From contig RDEW01000039.1 in assembly GCA_011109175.1 (NCBI GenBank), positions 62,001 to 126,000 on the forward strand: DNA of 64,000 nucleotides. The letters run 5' to 3'. This document shows positions 1 through 11,857 of the stretch, piece after piece. The position numbers and the translations under genes were made by a program. Below the pieces are notes generated by a model, which had not been told where the DNA came from, made no database searches, and worked only from the letters and a program-made list of their open reading frames with translations. The stretch is from Dicyema japonicum (lineage: Eukaryota > Animalia > Dicyemida). How positions within the stretch are numbered: the stretch's first letter is position 1; every line of letters begins with the position of its first letter.

Positions 1-39
1 ATTACGAAATTGGATTATTCTATCTTTTTTGAAACCACT

Positions 40-720
40 GTGTCCTATTCCTTTTTGTTATTTATCTTGAGGCTGCGTTGAGATACTTCATTGTCATTTA
101 AAGTCCAATTTATGAATTGATACGCAGATGATTTGGACTTTATATCTTAAGGTGTTGAATTTCTCAAAAACGTACACGAGTGTCTATATATATTCAAAAA
201 ATACTGACAAAACAGAGTACACATCATTCAGCCGTGCAGAGAGAACGTCCGTCTAGATGTGGAGAAGACAAAGAAGGTCGGATCTCTCTCAGTGGATGTG
301 GAAGATGATGATCCTTGTCTTTGGTGCTTTCGGAAAACTAGTAAAAATAAGGTGCTTGGGTAGAAAGCCAAAAATATAAAAATTCTTTATCGTACCATCC
401 TAATTTATAATGGAGCTTCCAAAACAGGTATGGACAGTATCGTTAGTTTTGATTTCGCCATGCTCAGGAACGCACTCAATATACAATACACTATACAGAA
501 CACTAACTTAAAATTATTAAAAAAAATGTGTAGCACAGAACCAACGATCGAGATAGGAGACCGTTCGATCACATTTTGAGGATGGATTTGTGCTTACCAG
601 AAAATCGTCTGACGGAGGAATATTTCATAAAAAAAAGATTATTCAGAGGAAGGACCATGCCAACTCTATCATCTGTGTTAAATGAAGAATTCAACTTTGT
701 GTTCTTGAACCTTGTTGATT
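40..720 (+). mobile_element. Decayed RTE-like non-LTR retrotransposon RT/3' remnant
   Basis: Translates IYLEAALR...LIYADDLDFI near 60-145, matching the RT copies at 60492-60689 and 61626-62405; many stops. Confidence 0.6.
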
Positions 721-829
721 TTTTGTTTTTGTGTTCTCTGAGGTGCCGATAATAATAAATGTATAAACTCTACCACTTGGAAGTGAACTACATTAAGTTT
801 ACTTATATTTAATTAACCTCTGCCTCACT

Positions 830-965
830 AACCTGTAGGAGACCAGCGTCTATTAAATAAGACGCAGAAAATGCCTGCCACTCCCATCAATTACTCCCTG
901 TCAACCTGTTCAACACCTCTGGGCAGTCAGACTGGATATGGCAGATGCGTTATATTGACAATTAT
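830..965 (-). mobile_element. 3' end of Ingi/Vingi-like LINE
   Basis: Minus strand reads LWEWQAFSASYLIDAGLLQVSEAEV, homologous to LWERPTSAASFLIAAGLLQVSEAGVT at 45882-46091. Confidence 0.55.
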
Positions 966-2068
966 TATTATTATTTCCATGATCACTGGGTCAAAGAGAA
1001 AGAAATAAAAGTTCTCATCTAACTAAGTGATCCCAGACCGATAAAGGAGAGGACGAGTCCGGCGGGGTCGAGAATCCTGAACAGCTCTTTTCTCATTGGA
1101 CATGGCATCGGCTCAAAATTTCTGTATGATTGGAAATATTTCGATAGTTTATGGAATAAAGGGCAGCTCGGTAAAATAGCCTCCTTTAAGAGTTTCCGTT
1201 GTAATTCGATTAAGAAATTTTCAATGGGCTGAATTTTGTATTCTGGTCCAATTAGCCTTATTGCAGCTTTCTCGATTGCGGATAGTTTCAATGAGGAAGA
1301 CCGTGAAATCTTCATTGCCAATGAAAATTTGCATACGTCATCGTGGGTCGGATAAACTGTTCATAAATCGTGGCAATTTTCGGTGTTTTGTTAATAGGAA
1401 TAGATTCGTTCTTCATAAAGACTTTTGGTTCGAAACAGAGCTGTCTTTTGTAGGTAATAAACAGTGTTGCTGATCTGTCGAGTCTCCGCTTCGAGAGCCA
1501 TAGTTCCAGCTTGTCAAGCATTTGTTGAGCGGACTGAGTCGCTGATTGAATGCTTCTGTCCTTGGAGGCAAGAATGATATCGTCGGCATAGGAGAGGATT
1601 AGACAGTTTTCATTACAGGTTTGTGGCATGTCGTTTATGTAGAGATTGAAAAGTTGGGGTGATAGTGGGGAGCCTTGAGGGACTCCATTTGGGAAATAGC
1701 GAGATCTTGATTTGATGTTGTTGCAGAGTACTTGTGTTCGTCTTCCATTTAGGAAGTTTCCAAGCCAAAGTTTCAGGTTCGGATGGATGTTGGTTTCAAA
1801 TATTTTCTTTGTTAAGAGTTTCCTAGGGACTGAGTCGAACGCTTTTATGATGTCCACAGATATAAGTACTGTCCTCTGATGGGGTTTGAGGGAGTTCCGC
1901 AATGAATTGTGTGAGGGTTGTAAGGTGTGTTGTGGTCGAATGGTTATCCCGGAATCCGTGCTGGGTCGGAGGTATTGAGATTGAGTCTTGTATTTTTTCC
2001 AAAACAAGCCTTTCAAGGATCCTTGAGACCGGACTTCGAATAGATATTGGGTGATAGGAAGATCACCA
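965..2068 (-). mobile_element. Non-LTR retrotransposon RT and 3' end (Ingi/Vingi-like family B); continues at 3139-3430 beyond a hAT insertion
   Basis: ORF 1312..2016 has DIIKAFDSV, GVPQGSPLSPQLFNLYINDMP, SYADDI; 3' end ctgggatcacttagtt shared with copies near 25270 and 44890. Confidence 0.85.
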
Positions 2069-3138
2069 GTGGTCCCCAGAAATATTTTTAGGTCAATTAA
2101 TTTTTATGACTAAAAAAATTATTTAATTTTTATTATTTATTCGCATTAGAATATTTAATTAATTTTATTCCACGTGTTTTTTTGTTGGTTAATCGCAAAT
2201 GGATCGATTCTTATGTCCAATTTGGATTTACCGGGTTGCCGAGCTGTCAAATGCCATTAGTTTATTTTTACGAAATATTGGGTCGACCGAATTTGCCGAT
2301 TTATTTAACAACGATATTTTCATGCTTAAACTATATTATCTGGCTGACATATTTAGTATTTTTAATGAATTAAACTTATCACTACAAGGTATTTTTATTA
2401 ATTATTTATGTTAAGGTAATAATGCTTCCAACATTGAAGCTATGGAAAAAATATCTCCGTTTAAAGAATAATTGTCACTATGGAGGAGAAAAATGCGAAA
2501 TAACAACGCTTCAATGTTTTCGATGGTAGAAAATAAGATTGGTGATAGTGAACCTGAAAAATGGTTTTCTTCTTTGATTATCGATCATCTCGAAAATCCT
2601 TAAAAAAAAATTGGGGATTATTTCCCAGTTACTGAACCAATTGCGACTTGGATAATACACCCTTTTATTTCGGAAACCAATAAATTAATTTACGACGGCC
2701 AAGAAATTGATTTCCAAGAACAGTTGATTGAATTGCGAAATTCGCAGTTTCGCAAGTTGACATTTAATTCGCTTTCGATTATGGAAATCTTGATTTCCGT
2801 TATTTGAATATCCAATCTTAAGTAAAAATGCACTGGAAGTGATAATTCCCTTTCCAATTACTTATTTATGTGAAATGGCACTGTCTTGTTATTCTGAAAA
2901 GTCAAGTTTGCAACCAACATAAGGTGGAAGACGATAAGAAAATGACACTTACCAACATTGTACCTAAAATTGTACATCTAGTTTCGGAAAAACAGAATCA
3001 AAAATCACACTAATTCTAAATATTATGATTTTTTAATTTTGTTAGTTTTTTTTATTAGATTGTTTTGTTGCATGTAGTCCCCAGAAAAATTCAACAAAAT
3101 ATAGTGGTCCCCGGTCAAAAAAGGTTAAGAAACACTGA
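2069..3138 (+). mobile_element. hAT (Charlie/Buster, ZBED5-like) transposon, 3' part of transposase with a 27-nt intron
   Basis: KLYYLADIFSIFNELNLSLQG, IPFPITYLCE (hATC-like), KQNQKSH*; right end aaggttaagaaacactg at 3122-3138; no left TIR or TSD found. Confidence 0.85.
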
Positions 3139-3430
3139 TCTATTGGTTTGTTGGGTTTTCGGATAGGTCTGATTAGAGACTTCTTCCATATTTCAGGGAT
3201 TGTATTTGTGTTAATGAATAGGTTGAAAATATAAGCTAATAGTTCCAGGGCTCGATGGCCTAGGTGCTTCAGTTCACATGTGGTTATGTTGTCTGGTCCT
3301 TTGGCCTCTGAGTTGTTGACTTTGGATATGGCTCTGCGAACATCCTGACTAATAAATAGGAGCGTTTCGGTTCAATCTTTTTCAGGAATACTTGGTGTTC
3401 TTTTGAAAACTTCTTGTAGGATATAGACGT
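3139..3430 (-). mobile_element. Upstream continuation of the family B LINE RT
   Basis: GPDNITTCELKHLGHRALELLAYIFNLFINTNTIPEIWKKSLIRPIRKPNKPID, which joins toward the LSPIS segment at 2040-2065. Confidence 0.75.
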
Positions 3431-3573
3431 GTAATATTTTATCAGAGTGTATGGTTTTATGTAGACTTGACTTTTCTTTTTGACAATATAATATAATATG
3501 ATTATTTAAATTAATTTATAATAAAAAATTATATAATTATTTAAATTTAGATAATTGATGTTTGGTTAGCATT

Positions 3574-3871
3574 ATGGGAGCATTTGATAAGTCGAAATAC
3601 ATATCAAGGACAGTATTATGTAATGGAAATTTAGAGGAGAGCTACAAGGTGCTTACTGCGTAGTACATTTATCTGAGCTTATAGAATCATTAACAGAGAG
3701 AAAATAGAACGTGAATTCAAATTGAATTTGTTCTATGAGAGGCCTGCAATAAAACGTAATAGATTGGGAAAGGAAAGGTTTATGAGAATATTCGACAAAA
3801 AAATGAATGATAAAGTCAAATTCGTCCAAAATAAGTTGCTTAGTGATGATCCTTATCCTTGGAATAAATGA
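3574..3871 (+). CDS. MRPS21: Mitochondrial ribosomal protein S21; one 25-nt intron (3660-3684), 90 aa
   Basis: Spliced: MGAFDKSKYISRTVLCNGNLEESYKVLTAIINREKIEREFKLNLFYERPAIKRNRLGKERFMRIFDKKMNDKVKFVQNKLLSDDPYPWNK*; RTV..GN.E..Y, YE.P..R and DP.PW motifs of bS21m. Confidence 0.85.
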
Positions 3872-3929
3872 CATTTACTTTATAATCTTAAATATAAGTG
3901 ATTTTGTTAATTTTAGTTTTTCCACTTAG

Positions 3930-4930
3930 GACCGACCCAATATAGTGACTTGAAGGGTCGGCTTAGCTCGATTAACGGATAGCCACTCATTTAGTTTTTT
4001 AAGGCAAAATTTTCACTGAATTTACTGCTGTTTGATAATTTACATGTTTTTCCGCAAATAAGTCGTCTGCAAATTACAATGTAAGAATGCCTGCTCATTT
4101 GGTTCAGGAATATCATTCAGGAATAAACTAAATAGTGAAGGGAAGAGAACTTAACCTTGTGGGACTCCCAACACATTTTCCTGAGATGAAATTTCACATC
4201 AATTTTGTAATTTGATTAGGAAGATTTAGCGACGTGATTTTGCACACGAGTAGACGCGTTGGTACTGAGTTGAGTTTTCTCAATATCAACGGAGACAACT
4301 GTTCTTCCAGGAGGGCTCTACGGTTAAAACCGTCTGTGGTGAATTCAGTCGGCGCTGAAAGATAGATCGCGGTGGAATAGAATTTTCGAAAACCTTGTTG
4401 TGAAGAAGATAATGGAAGATAAGGAAAAGGATGATTTTCGAGTATTTTAGAAATAACGGAGAGGAGGGACATCGATCTATGAGGCTGGGCTGTTTCCAGA
4501 TTCGTTTGGTTTTAAATACAGGAATAAAATTAGCATTTTTCCATATATTTTGTATTTGGTTGTGTTTTAGTGAGTAATTGAAGCGATTAGTCAAAATATC
4601 AATATTTCCAAATTTTTTTAGGTGGCAGATAGCGATGTTATCGGCCCCAGTAGCAGAACTATTTTTGGTTGTAAAGATGGCGTTTTTTTGTCATTCAGAA
4701 AGTAATTTGGACACATGGTCTATTGTTGACTTTAGTTTACGGTCCACGTGATCAGCGTAATTCTTCAATTTTGCTTTTTTTTAATCTGTGAATACTGAGG
4801 AAGCCGAAGAGGTTTGTATTGGATCAGAATTAGACTGTGGTCTGACCTTTATCTTTGGTGAAGTTATATGAGCATAGACTGAAGTCGGGAGAGGTAGGAG
4901 AGTCACCTGTCCGGTCGGGGTACATTTTTA
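3930..4930 (-). mobile_element. Decayed non-LTR retrotransposon RT fragment
   Basis: NIWKNANFIPVFK, SLLSVISKILE, QQGFRKFYST, GVPQG, LFSLFLNDIP, ADDL spread over several frames. Confidence 0.7.
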
Positions 4931-4984
4931 ATTATTTAGAATGTAACGATCGTCCATATTATCTTTAATGAATTTACGGGATTT

Positions 4985-6055
4985 ATTTGAGCCACAATGA
5001 TATTTTTGTATTATTGTCACCCAGCAAGAAAAGGTTCCCAAAACAGTCCAATTTATCGATGGAAGGGGATGTCATGATTAGATCTATCAGGTTGATGATT
5101 GAAGCATTTATTGTTGATGACCTAAAGCAGCTGCTTCGACCACGGAAATTTAAAAATCAAGAAATATTCTTGCCGGTACCGATTTACTCCTGTTACGGTC
5201 GAGTCATCGGGAACGTTGGTCCAATGACGGCTAAGCTCTTGCGCGAACTCGGAGGAATGCTTGCCAGAAAGTTGAAATTTGGTCGTATTGTTGTTAAAAA
5301 GCACTCCCGAGAATACATAAATGAGTTAAGTTTCCCTCGTGACGTATTCATAATCATCCTCTCCGTCAACCTTGACCATGATCCTCTGTTGCGCGCTAGT
5401 TCTCATAAATAAACGAATGATTCGCTCGGTAAATTTCGCCAATTCCAGTCATTAGATCCTATGAAGCACTCACAAGGTCTAACTTTTTTTGCATTTCTTG
5501 CATTCCAATCACCAGCAATGAATATAATGTAAGATGAAGAAATATAATTGTACGCTTCAGTTACATTTGATTAGAAACTCTTCTGGTTAGATGATACTCT
5601 AACTCCTGTATGACATATACATTCATCATAGAGTTCACAGAATTCGGTTTAGTCCCCGTCTGATTTGCACAACAGCTACTTGTTCAGAAACTCACTAAAA
5701 CTGCCTCTCGAAAAAAGGAAATTTAAGTTCCGAATTACTCAAAACTATTCTATTTATTAACGATCAATTCTAAGAAGAAATGACGATGTACTTGTTACTT
5801 TTAAAATCATTAAAAGTCGACACTAGTTCTTCAATTTTTACCGAATTTAAATTGTATCTAAAAACTCATAATATAGTCGCAATATCCTTTGTGGGAAAAT
5901 ATTGTGCATTTATTAATTTTTAAAACAAAAATCAAAAATGTGCGCTTGAATTGCACGAAAGCATAAATATTGTAATACGAATGATTTATAAAATTAAACC
6001 GATCGTCTTTTCCATGAATATTGTATTGAACAAGGAAAATTCTACAGTTGGACAA
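4985..6055 (-). CDS. Probable multi-exon gene of unknown function
   Basis: Several GT..AG segments of 20-30 nt (e.g. gttagaccttgtgagtgcttcatag) join open stretches such as KDLMTGIGEIYRANHSFIYEKLARNRGSWS; no family recognised and the model is incomplete. Confidence 0.3.
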
Positions 6056-6069
6056 CTGACTTAATTTAA

Positions 6070-6650
6070 AGTGAAAAATTCAGAATACGTCCATGCAAGA
6101 CCAAACAATCTTAGATCCCAGTTTATTACACAAAATAATTTTTAGGGAATAGTGGAACGCTTCAATCAAACTTTAACAAGATCAATTTCTAAACGTATTG
6201 ATGGGAATCAAAGTCATTCTGACTTAATTTAGAATCAGTGACAAGACTTAATTACGTTTCAAGTATTTGTGAATCGGCTCACCAAATTAAAAGCGGTTTT
6301 TAATTTATAAATTACAATTTTGTAGAATTCTTTGATTTTGAGATAACACCAATTGGGGTGAGGACGAATACTATCGACGGATGAAGAATGGGTTTACATT
6401 TTTGTAAGTACAATTATGCTATTGGAAATCAAGTTAAATTTAAGGTGTATTTAATTAAGGTACGAATCGCGATAGATCACGGAACTAGCTCAGCATTGAA
6501 GCTTGATAAGTTAGAGTCCAAGTATTCTGATACGAAATACTCTCTATCTTATATAATTCACGTGTCGAGGTATTTTCAAATTTATGTATAGGTTGAATTT
6601 TCTGATGAAAGAAAAAGATCGTCTTAATGTCAAGACTTAAAAAATAATTG
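6070..6650 (+). mobile_element. Ginger/KRBA2-like rve integrase remnant with intron-like inserts
   Basis: VHARPNNLRSQ|GIVERFNQTL once 6122-6145 is removed; YAIGNQ|VRIAID once 6433-6459 is removed. Confidence 0.5.
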
Positions 6651-6899
6651 TTCTTTTTATTTTAAATAAATTCTTTGTTAAATCTTTGATATCTGGTTAG
6701 TATGGAAACACGTAAAAAAACAAGCTGCCCATAGGCATCTAGCCACCCATGTGACATAATGGGATCCCAAAATATATAGTATCTGGTAAACTTCAACAAT
6801 GTCAAGAGTCTATTAATAAAATTATAATATTAATATAGTTATTATGGGGGAGATAAATTAGTTATAAGTGCTAAAATTTTTCATAGAAGCGATTCGAAA

Positions 6900-7177
6900 A
6901 GAAGGTTGAGAAACACTGCTCAACAGGATACTCATGCATTCTTGAGACATATGACCAAACCCAGGATAAAAATCTATTCAACGCCGATAGTATAAAATCC
7001 AAGTTCTTGGAACTAAGGAATTTTTTTAGAAACACTTTTGTCTAAGATAAAGATATTCACCGTCACAAGATTTTAGTTAGACACGCGCAAATTAAATTAA
7101 TTCGTTTTGAAAAATCATTTTTTTGAAAAAAATAAAAAAACATTTTGAACTTCGCGGAACCCAGGTTGAGAAACACT
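6900..7177. mobile_element. Isolated hAT (Charlie-type) terminal fragments
   Basis: aggttgagaaacactg near 6903-6918 and aggttgagaaacact near 7163-7177, the reverse complement of the TIR cagtgtttctcaacc at 36625. Confidence 0.4.
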
Positions 7178-7389
7178 TTTTGGGTATTACTAAAGTGAAA
7201 AGGGTGTATCCATTCAGTCAAGTTATTTTTCGGTATGGACAATTGTGTATTCTAAAAAGTCATTAATATTACAGTGAAAGGCAGTTATTTTTCAGTATAC
7301 TGCATCATTATTAAATTATTGCATTTACCACGGTTTCGAATAAATAAATGCTTAGGCTCATGTAAGTGTAGATTTTGATTTTGAAAAAA

Positions 7390-7950
7390 TAACTGGTTGA
7401 TCCTGCCAGTAGTCATATGCTATCTTAATGATTAATGCAAGTGTATGTTCATGATCTAATGATCGAGACCGCGGCATAACTTACTTGATAATGTCAAACG
7501 ACAGTGGATGTTGTAAATCTAAAGCTAATACATGCGTATAGCTTATTAAAGCGAAATTACTTGGATTAGTTGACTCTGGATGAATTTACTGATCACCAGG
7601 AGTACCGGTAACATATCAATTAGATGTCCCCCACATAAATTGTTGACTGTTAGATAGTGGCTTGCAGTGGTTACAACGGGTAACGGGGAATCAAATCGAT
7701 TCTGAGAGGGACCATGGAAAATGGCGACAAATCTATGGAATCCAACAGGTGTGAAAATTATCCACTTTTGCATAAAGAGATAGTGATAATAAATAACGAA
7801 TCAGGGCATTCGTTCAGAGATCGTAATGAAATAATCTCAAAAACATTTATGAAGGCAATTGGGGGTAAGTCTGATGCCAGCAGCCGCAGCATTCCAGTTC
7901 TAATAGTGTATGCTAAAGTTACTACAGTTGAAAAGGTTGGATCTCAGTTT
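7390..7950 (+). pseudogene. Degenerate 5' third of an 18S rRNA gene (orphan rDNA fragment)
   Basis: ctggttgatcctgccagtagtcatatgc, agctaatacatgc, taacggggaatc, gccagcagccgc; substitutions in the 530-loop motif and deletions; no continuation to the rest of 18S. Confidence 0.9.
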
Positions 7951-8139
7951 GCTTGTTGTAAGAAAAAGCCGGAAATAAGAAATAGGAACCGATTCGTAAT
8001 TTTTGAACTTTCATTCCATAAGAATTAAAAAAGACACAGCTCTTCCGGCAAGGAGTAGATAATATTTATATTGCTTAAACCTAGATTAGACAGAACTCAC
8101 ACTTTAATTTAAGAACAGTAATGTTAATTGATTATTAAT

Positions 8140-8810
8140 TAATTATTCCAAAGACCGAGAATAAAACCAAACTAATTCCTAATCCTTACGCGTTCCAAAT
8201 AACCCTCACCCAAGCACAGTGAATTAAGTTAATTGATCCCTTTTCGGTTTTCTTAGCGGCGGTTTGGGTGGGTCAGTCCTCATGTGGTTTTTTGAGAGAT
8301 TTTCGCGTAGTAATTTATTAGGGCGTTTAAGTCCTTTTGGCTGAATTCGTCATTTCCGGGTGTCCTCTCATCCACCTACGAGATATTTCGAATTGTCTTC
8401 CAGACTTCGGATGTTGACCGGTTACGATTTAATGACGTAAGGACCCTCTTCCATTTACCTCTTTGTATTTTGAATTCATTGGCTTTTATTTCCTCGTTCA
8501 GCACTTTTAGACGGATCCTTGCTTCGGAAGAACGGATCCCTGTTTTTTGAGACGGTTTCGTTCTTTGACCAGAGCCTTCCTTCCGTACTCTCTCGTGTAA
8601 ACGACATATCTTTTAGGGACAGCCATTGTTCTTGCTTCCAGGATGACTTGTTGACGTAGGCAAACACTATATCAAGGGAGGTAAAGTTTTCCAGCTGTAT
8701 ATTAGCCAAATGTTGGTCTGTAACTGATCGGAATAATTGCCAATTTGCAAGATTGTATATATATGCAGGTTTCTTCTTTTCACTAGTAAATTCGCTTTTG
8801 ATTTTTAACA
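8140..8810 (-). mobile_element. LINE fragment (APE-RT linker joined to a 3' end)
   Basis: YNLANWQLFRSVTDQHL; tail ttagtttggttttattctcggtctttggaataatt shared with 12360-12400 and 31150-31190. Confidence 0.5.
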
Positions 8811-9170
8811 GAATAGGGTTATGATATCTAATAAAGTGCGTGCCCTCTCTGGGCGGAGCTATAAATATTATGATTCACGCGAAAAGTGCTATTTAAGTAT
8901 TGAATTTAATTTAGGGATAAAAATGTATAATTTATAAACCTTATATAATTTTTAATTAAATCTGCTTTTTATTCAAAGCACATAGCCTTCTATTCCTTAA
9001 CTAAAAAATCGTAATAGAAAAGTAAATCATTAAGTAATCCTATGGAAATCTATAAATCTATCCAACATTGATTATGTTGCGAATTCCGCGTTAAATTTAC
9101 CATAAAATCCATAAAATATTTATGATTAATATACTATTGAGGTACAAAAATCATGAAATTGTTAATTATC

Positions 9171-10451
9171 CTATTTGGAATCACTATCTTCACTATATTC
9201 ATTTTCATCACCTCCATTACTTTCTGTTGGTTCTCTGTTTTCGTCGCTGGTCTGAGATGATTCATTACTTTCATCGCTTTCCGTAGATCTTGTATTCTCT
9301 TCACTTTTTGTTGAACCCTTACTTTCTTCATTGTCTTTATCTCCCAAATTCTTTAGTTTTTCAATAAAATCTTGCCTTTTTTTATTTTTGTCAAACTTTG
9401 CGGTAGCAACATTACAACTACGATTCCCATATTCTACATCTCCGTGATGTTCATAGTTCTCTTCATTTTCATCACTCTCATCTTCACTTTCTTCGATTCG
9501 TCGTATTCGTCATTTTCCGAGTATTCCTCGCTGTAATTCTGCTCATCTTTTTTATCCTCGTCTTCCGTGTATTCTCTTCCATCTCCATAGTTCCCATCTT
9601 CCGAGTATTCGCCATCTTCATCCTGTTCATAATAATGTTCAGCTTCGTCGTAATCATATCCATGTTCATCCTCTCGATATTCTCCGTCATCGTCATTATA
9701 ATCACTTTCAGAATTGTCTTGAGAATCACGACTTTGTTTACCGTCTCGACGTTTACTGTGGTGTTTACAATAATCTCGAGATCCCTGACTTTCACCATTG
9801 TGAGAATTCTCTCTATATTCCCCACATCGTCATCATCTACATAATGCCTCTTCCAAGTCTTCATTCCCATATAAATTTCTTTGTATGGCTAAAATGTGAA
9901 ATTCGATTATACCTCCCTCTCCTCAATTATGGGTTCCACCGGATTAAAATTTTTTAGATTTTCTATGCTTTCCTAGAGAACAGATCACACAAGAACCTCA
10001 ATTTCCTCTTGGACTTTCCCATTTCTTCCAATTCCTTTCTTAGAGATGAGATTTCCATTTCAAGTATTTCTTCATCAGTAGGTGCGGGGGTAGATTCAAG
10101 CACTACCTCGAATAAAGCTTTCTGAAAAATCCTGTGTTTATCATCCATATAGTCGGCGGGGTCATACGAAATCTCGGAGTAGTCGATCAACTCGCAAGGT
10201 CTCACCCACTCACTGCAATAGATAACCAATATAACTATATGCCCATCCCACATTGACGGACAAGGACTTTTCCTGGAACAAGGGCATAATTTTCATGCGG
10301 CACAGTAATCTTATGTGATATAGAACGGGGTACCTTAACTGGCCAATATTTGTATTCATTATCGACTGGTAACCTAATTTGTGGGAAATATTTACCATTT
10401 CAATCTGGCGATTAGCTCCTCTTCAGTTTCTCTTTGCATTATGTAATCCAT
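9171..10451 (-). CDS. PWWP-like domain protein with a long D/E/Y-rich acidic tail; five introns of 22-24 nt and three apparent 1-nt frameshifts
   Basis: Spliced N-terminus MDYIMQRETEEELIARLKWLPVDNEYKYWPVKITVPHENYALVPGKVLVRQCGMGIYEWVRPCELIDYSE...FQKALFEV; tail ...DYNDDDGEYREDEHGYDYDEAEHYYEQDEDGEYSE...ENEYSEDSDSK*. Confidence 0.75.
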
Positions 10452-10559
10452 TATTTAATTTATTTATTATTTATTTTATAAAAATTACCAAAATCAAAAA
10501 ATAAACTGAAAATTAATTTCAATAATAATAAGCCATCGTAAAGAAGAGCCTCTTCCCTC

Positions 10560-10980
10560 CTACTGTTTGTATCAGCAAAGTATATCTCCGATTGAATATG
10601 CCTGCTCTGTCTGGAGATTCGCCATTCCATCTACGAGGGTAGAGCGTGTGAATTCTCTCAGACGGAAGATTATGAGGCACATACAATCAGACTTCACATC
10701 CGTCCCCAGTCTGCTTTCAGAGGAGGCGACGCTAAAGAATGGCCAGGGTTTCCTACGTTTCTGCAAGGAACTGGGAAACCAATTCAAGGAAAAGGTAGCC
10801 TATGCAGAGAAATTTTGGTCGGTTATAAAAAAAGTGCACGACGATTGAATTCCTTTGCAGAAGGAAGAGAAGGCTTCCGAATGCGGTTGGGTTATCAGAA
10901 GACCAGATGAAGAGAGTTCGAATATTGTTGGAGGCTGGGATCACCTAATTAGTTAGTTTTGACTTATCTTTCTTGGTGGT
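10560..10980 (+). mobile_element. LINE 3' fragment (family C)
   Basis: Homologous to 39620-40030; ends ctgggatcacctaattagttag. Confidence 0.7.
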
Positions 10981-10999
10981 CTTGAGGTTAAATTAAAAA

Positions 11000-11700
11000 T
11001 TTGTATCTTTCGAGACCCTCTCTTCTTTGAAGAAGAGTTGTCGACCAACAACACCACCTCCGTATTCTATTATTTTGATCAATCGTGGCTGAGTGATCAA
11101 CCAGGTCATTGGATCCAGACATGAACTCTGATATATAATTTTCAATCATATTTATGTTCGGAAAAAATTAAGTCGTCATTTCACACAACAGATTGAATAC
11201 TCTCCATGTTGGCGCATCAATTGAAATATCTCCAATATAAGTCTTAGAGCATCTGGAAATAAAGGCAAGAGGAATGAGCAGTAAAGTACATCTATTTAAT
11301 AAAATAGCAAACTTGTGTGTGTTTCCATCTTCAAGACGGTTGTCCAAGAGATGAGTGGGCCCCATATACCACATGAATAATGGATAGGAAAATTTCGAGA
11401 TAGTTTCAGTGATGTTGTGTAAAAATATGTCAGGATCGCATAAACATTTTATTTTTCCACTACGAATAAATTGATCAGAGTACAAGTGCCCATATAAAGG
11501 TTTTAATCTCATTAAAAGTATTGCAGATAGTGGAGTAGTACTAAATCGTGGAACAAAAAAAAAAACTCACTACCGTCTAGACTGTTATTTCGCCAAGTTC
11601 ATGATTGGACATGGACAAAAAATTATTTCACTAATGAAGCGGGAAAAAGAATCAAAACTTTCCTCCTTATCCAGTGATGATAAACCAATATGACAAAATG
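11000..11700 (-). CDS. Possible multi-exon gene of unknown function
   Basis: 114-aa ORF 11168..11512 without TE motifs, flanked by GT..AG intron-like segments. Confidence 0.3.
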
Positions 11701-11857
11701 AGTGAGATAAAGTATCTAAATTTAAAGAAAAATTAAAATATTATGATAAAATTAAATATTTTAGTGAAAAAACTAATATTTTAATTGATTTTTACTATCA
11801 CTATTTTAAAACTTTATTATATTTCCTTAAAAATCTCTCCATTAACTAATGCTTTAA

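Noticed and set aside
7714-8028. 104-aa ORF (and 7546..7773)
   Set aside because: It overlaps the 18S rRNA-derived sequence and is a chance open frame
9484-9870. 128-aa M/T/K/N-rich ORF in the track
   Set aside because: It is mostly an alternative frame of the acidic tail of the PWWP gene
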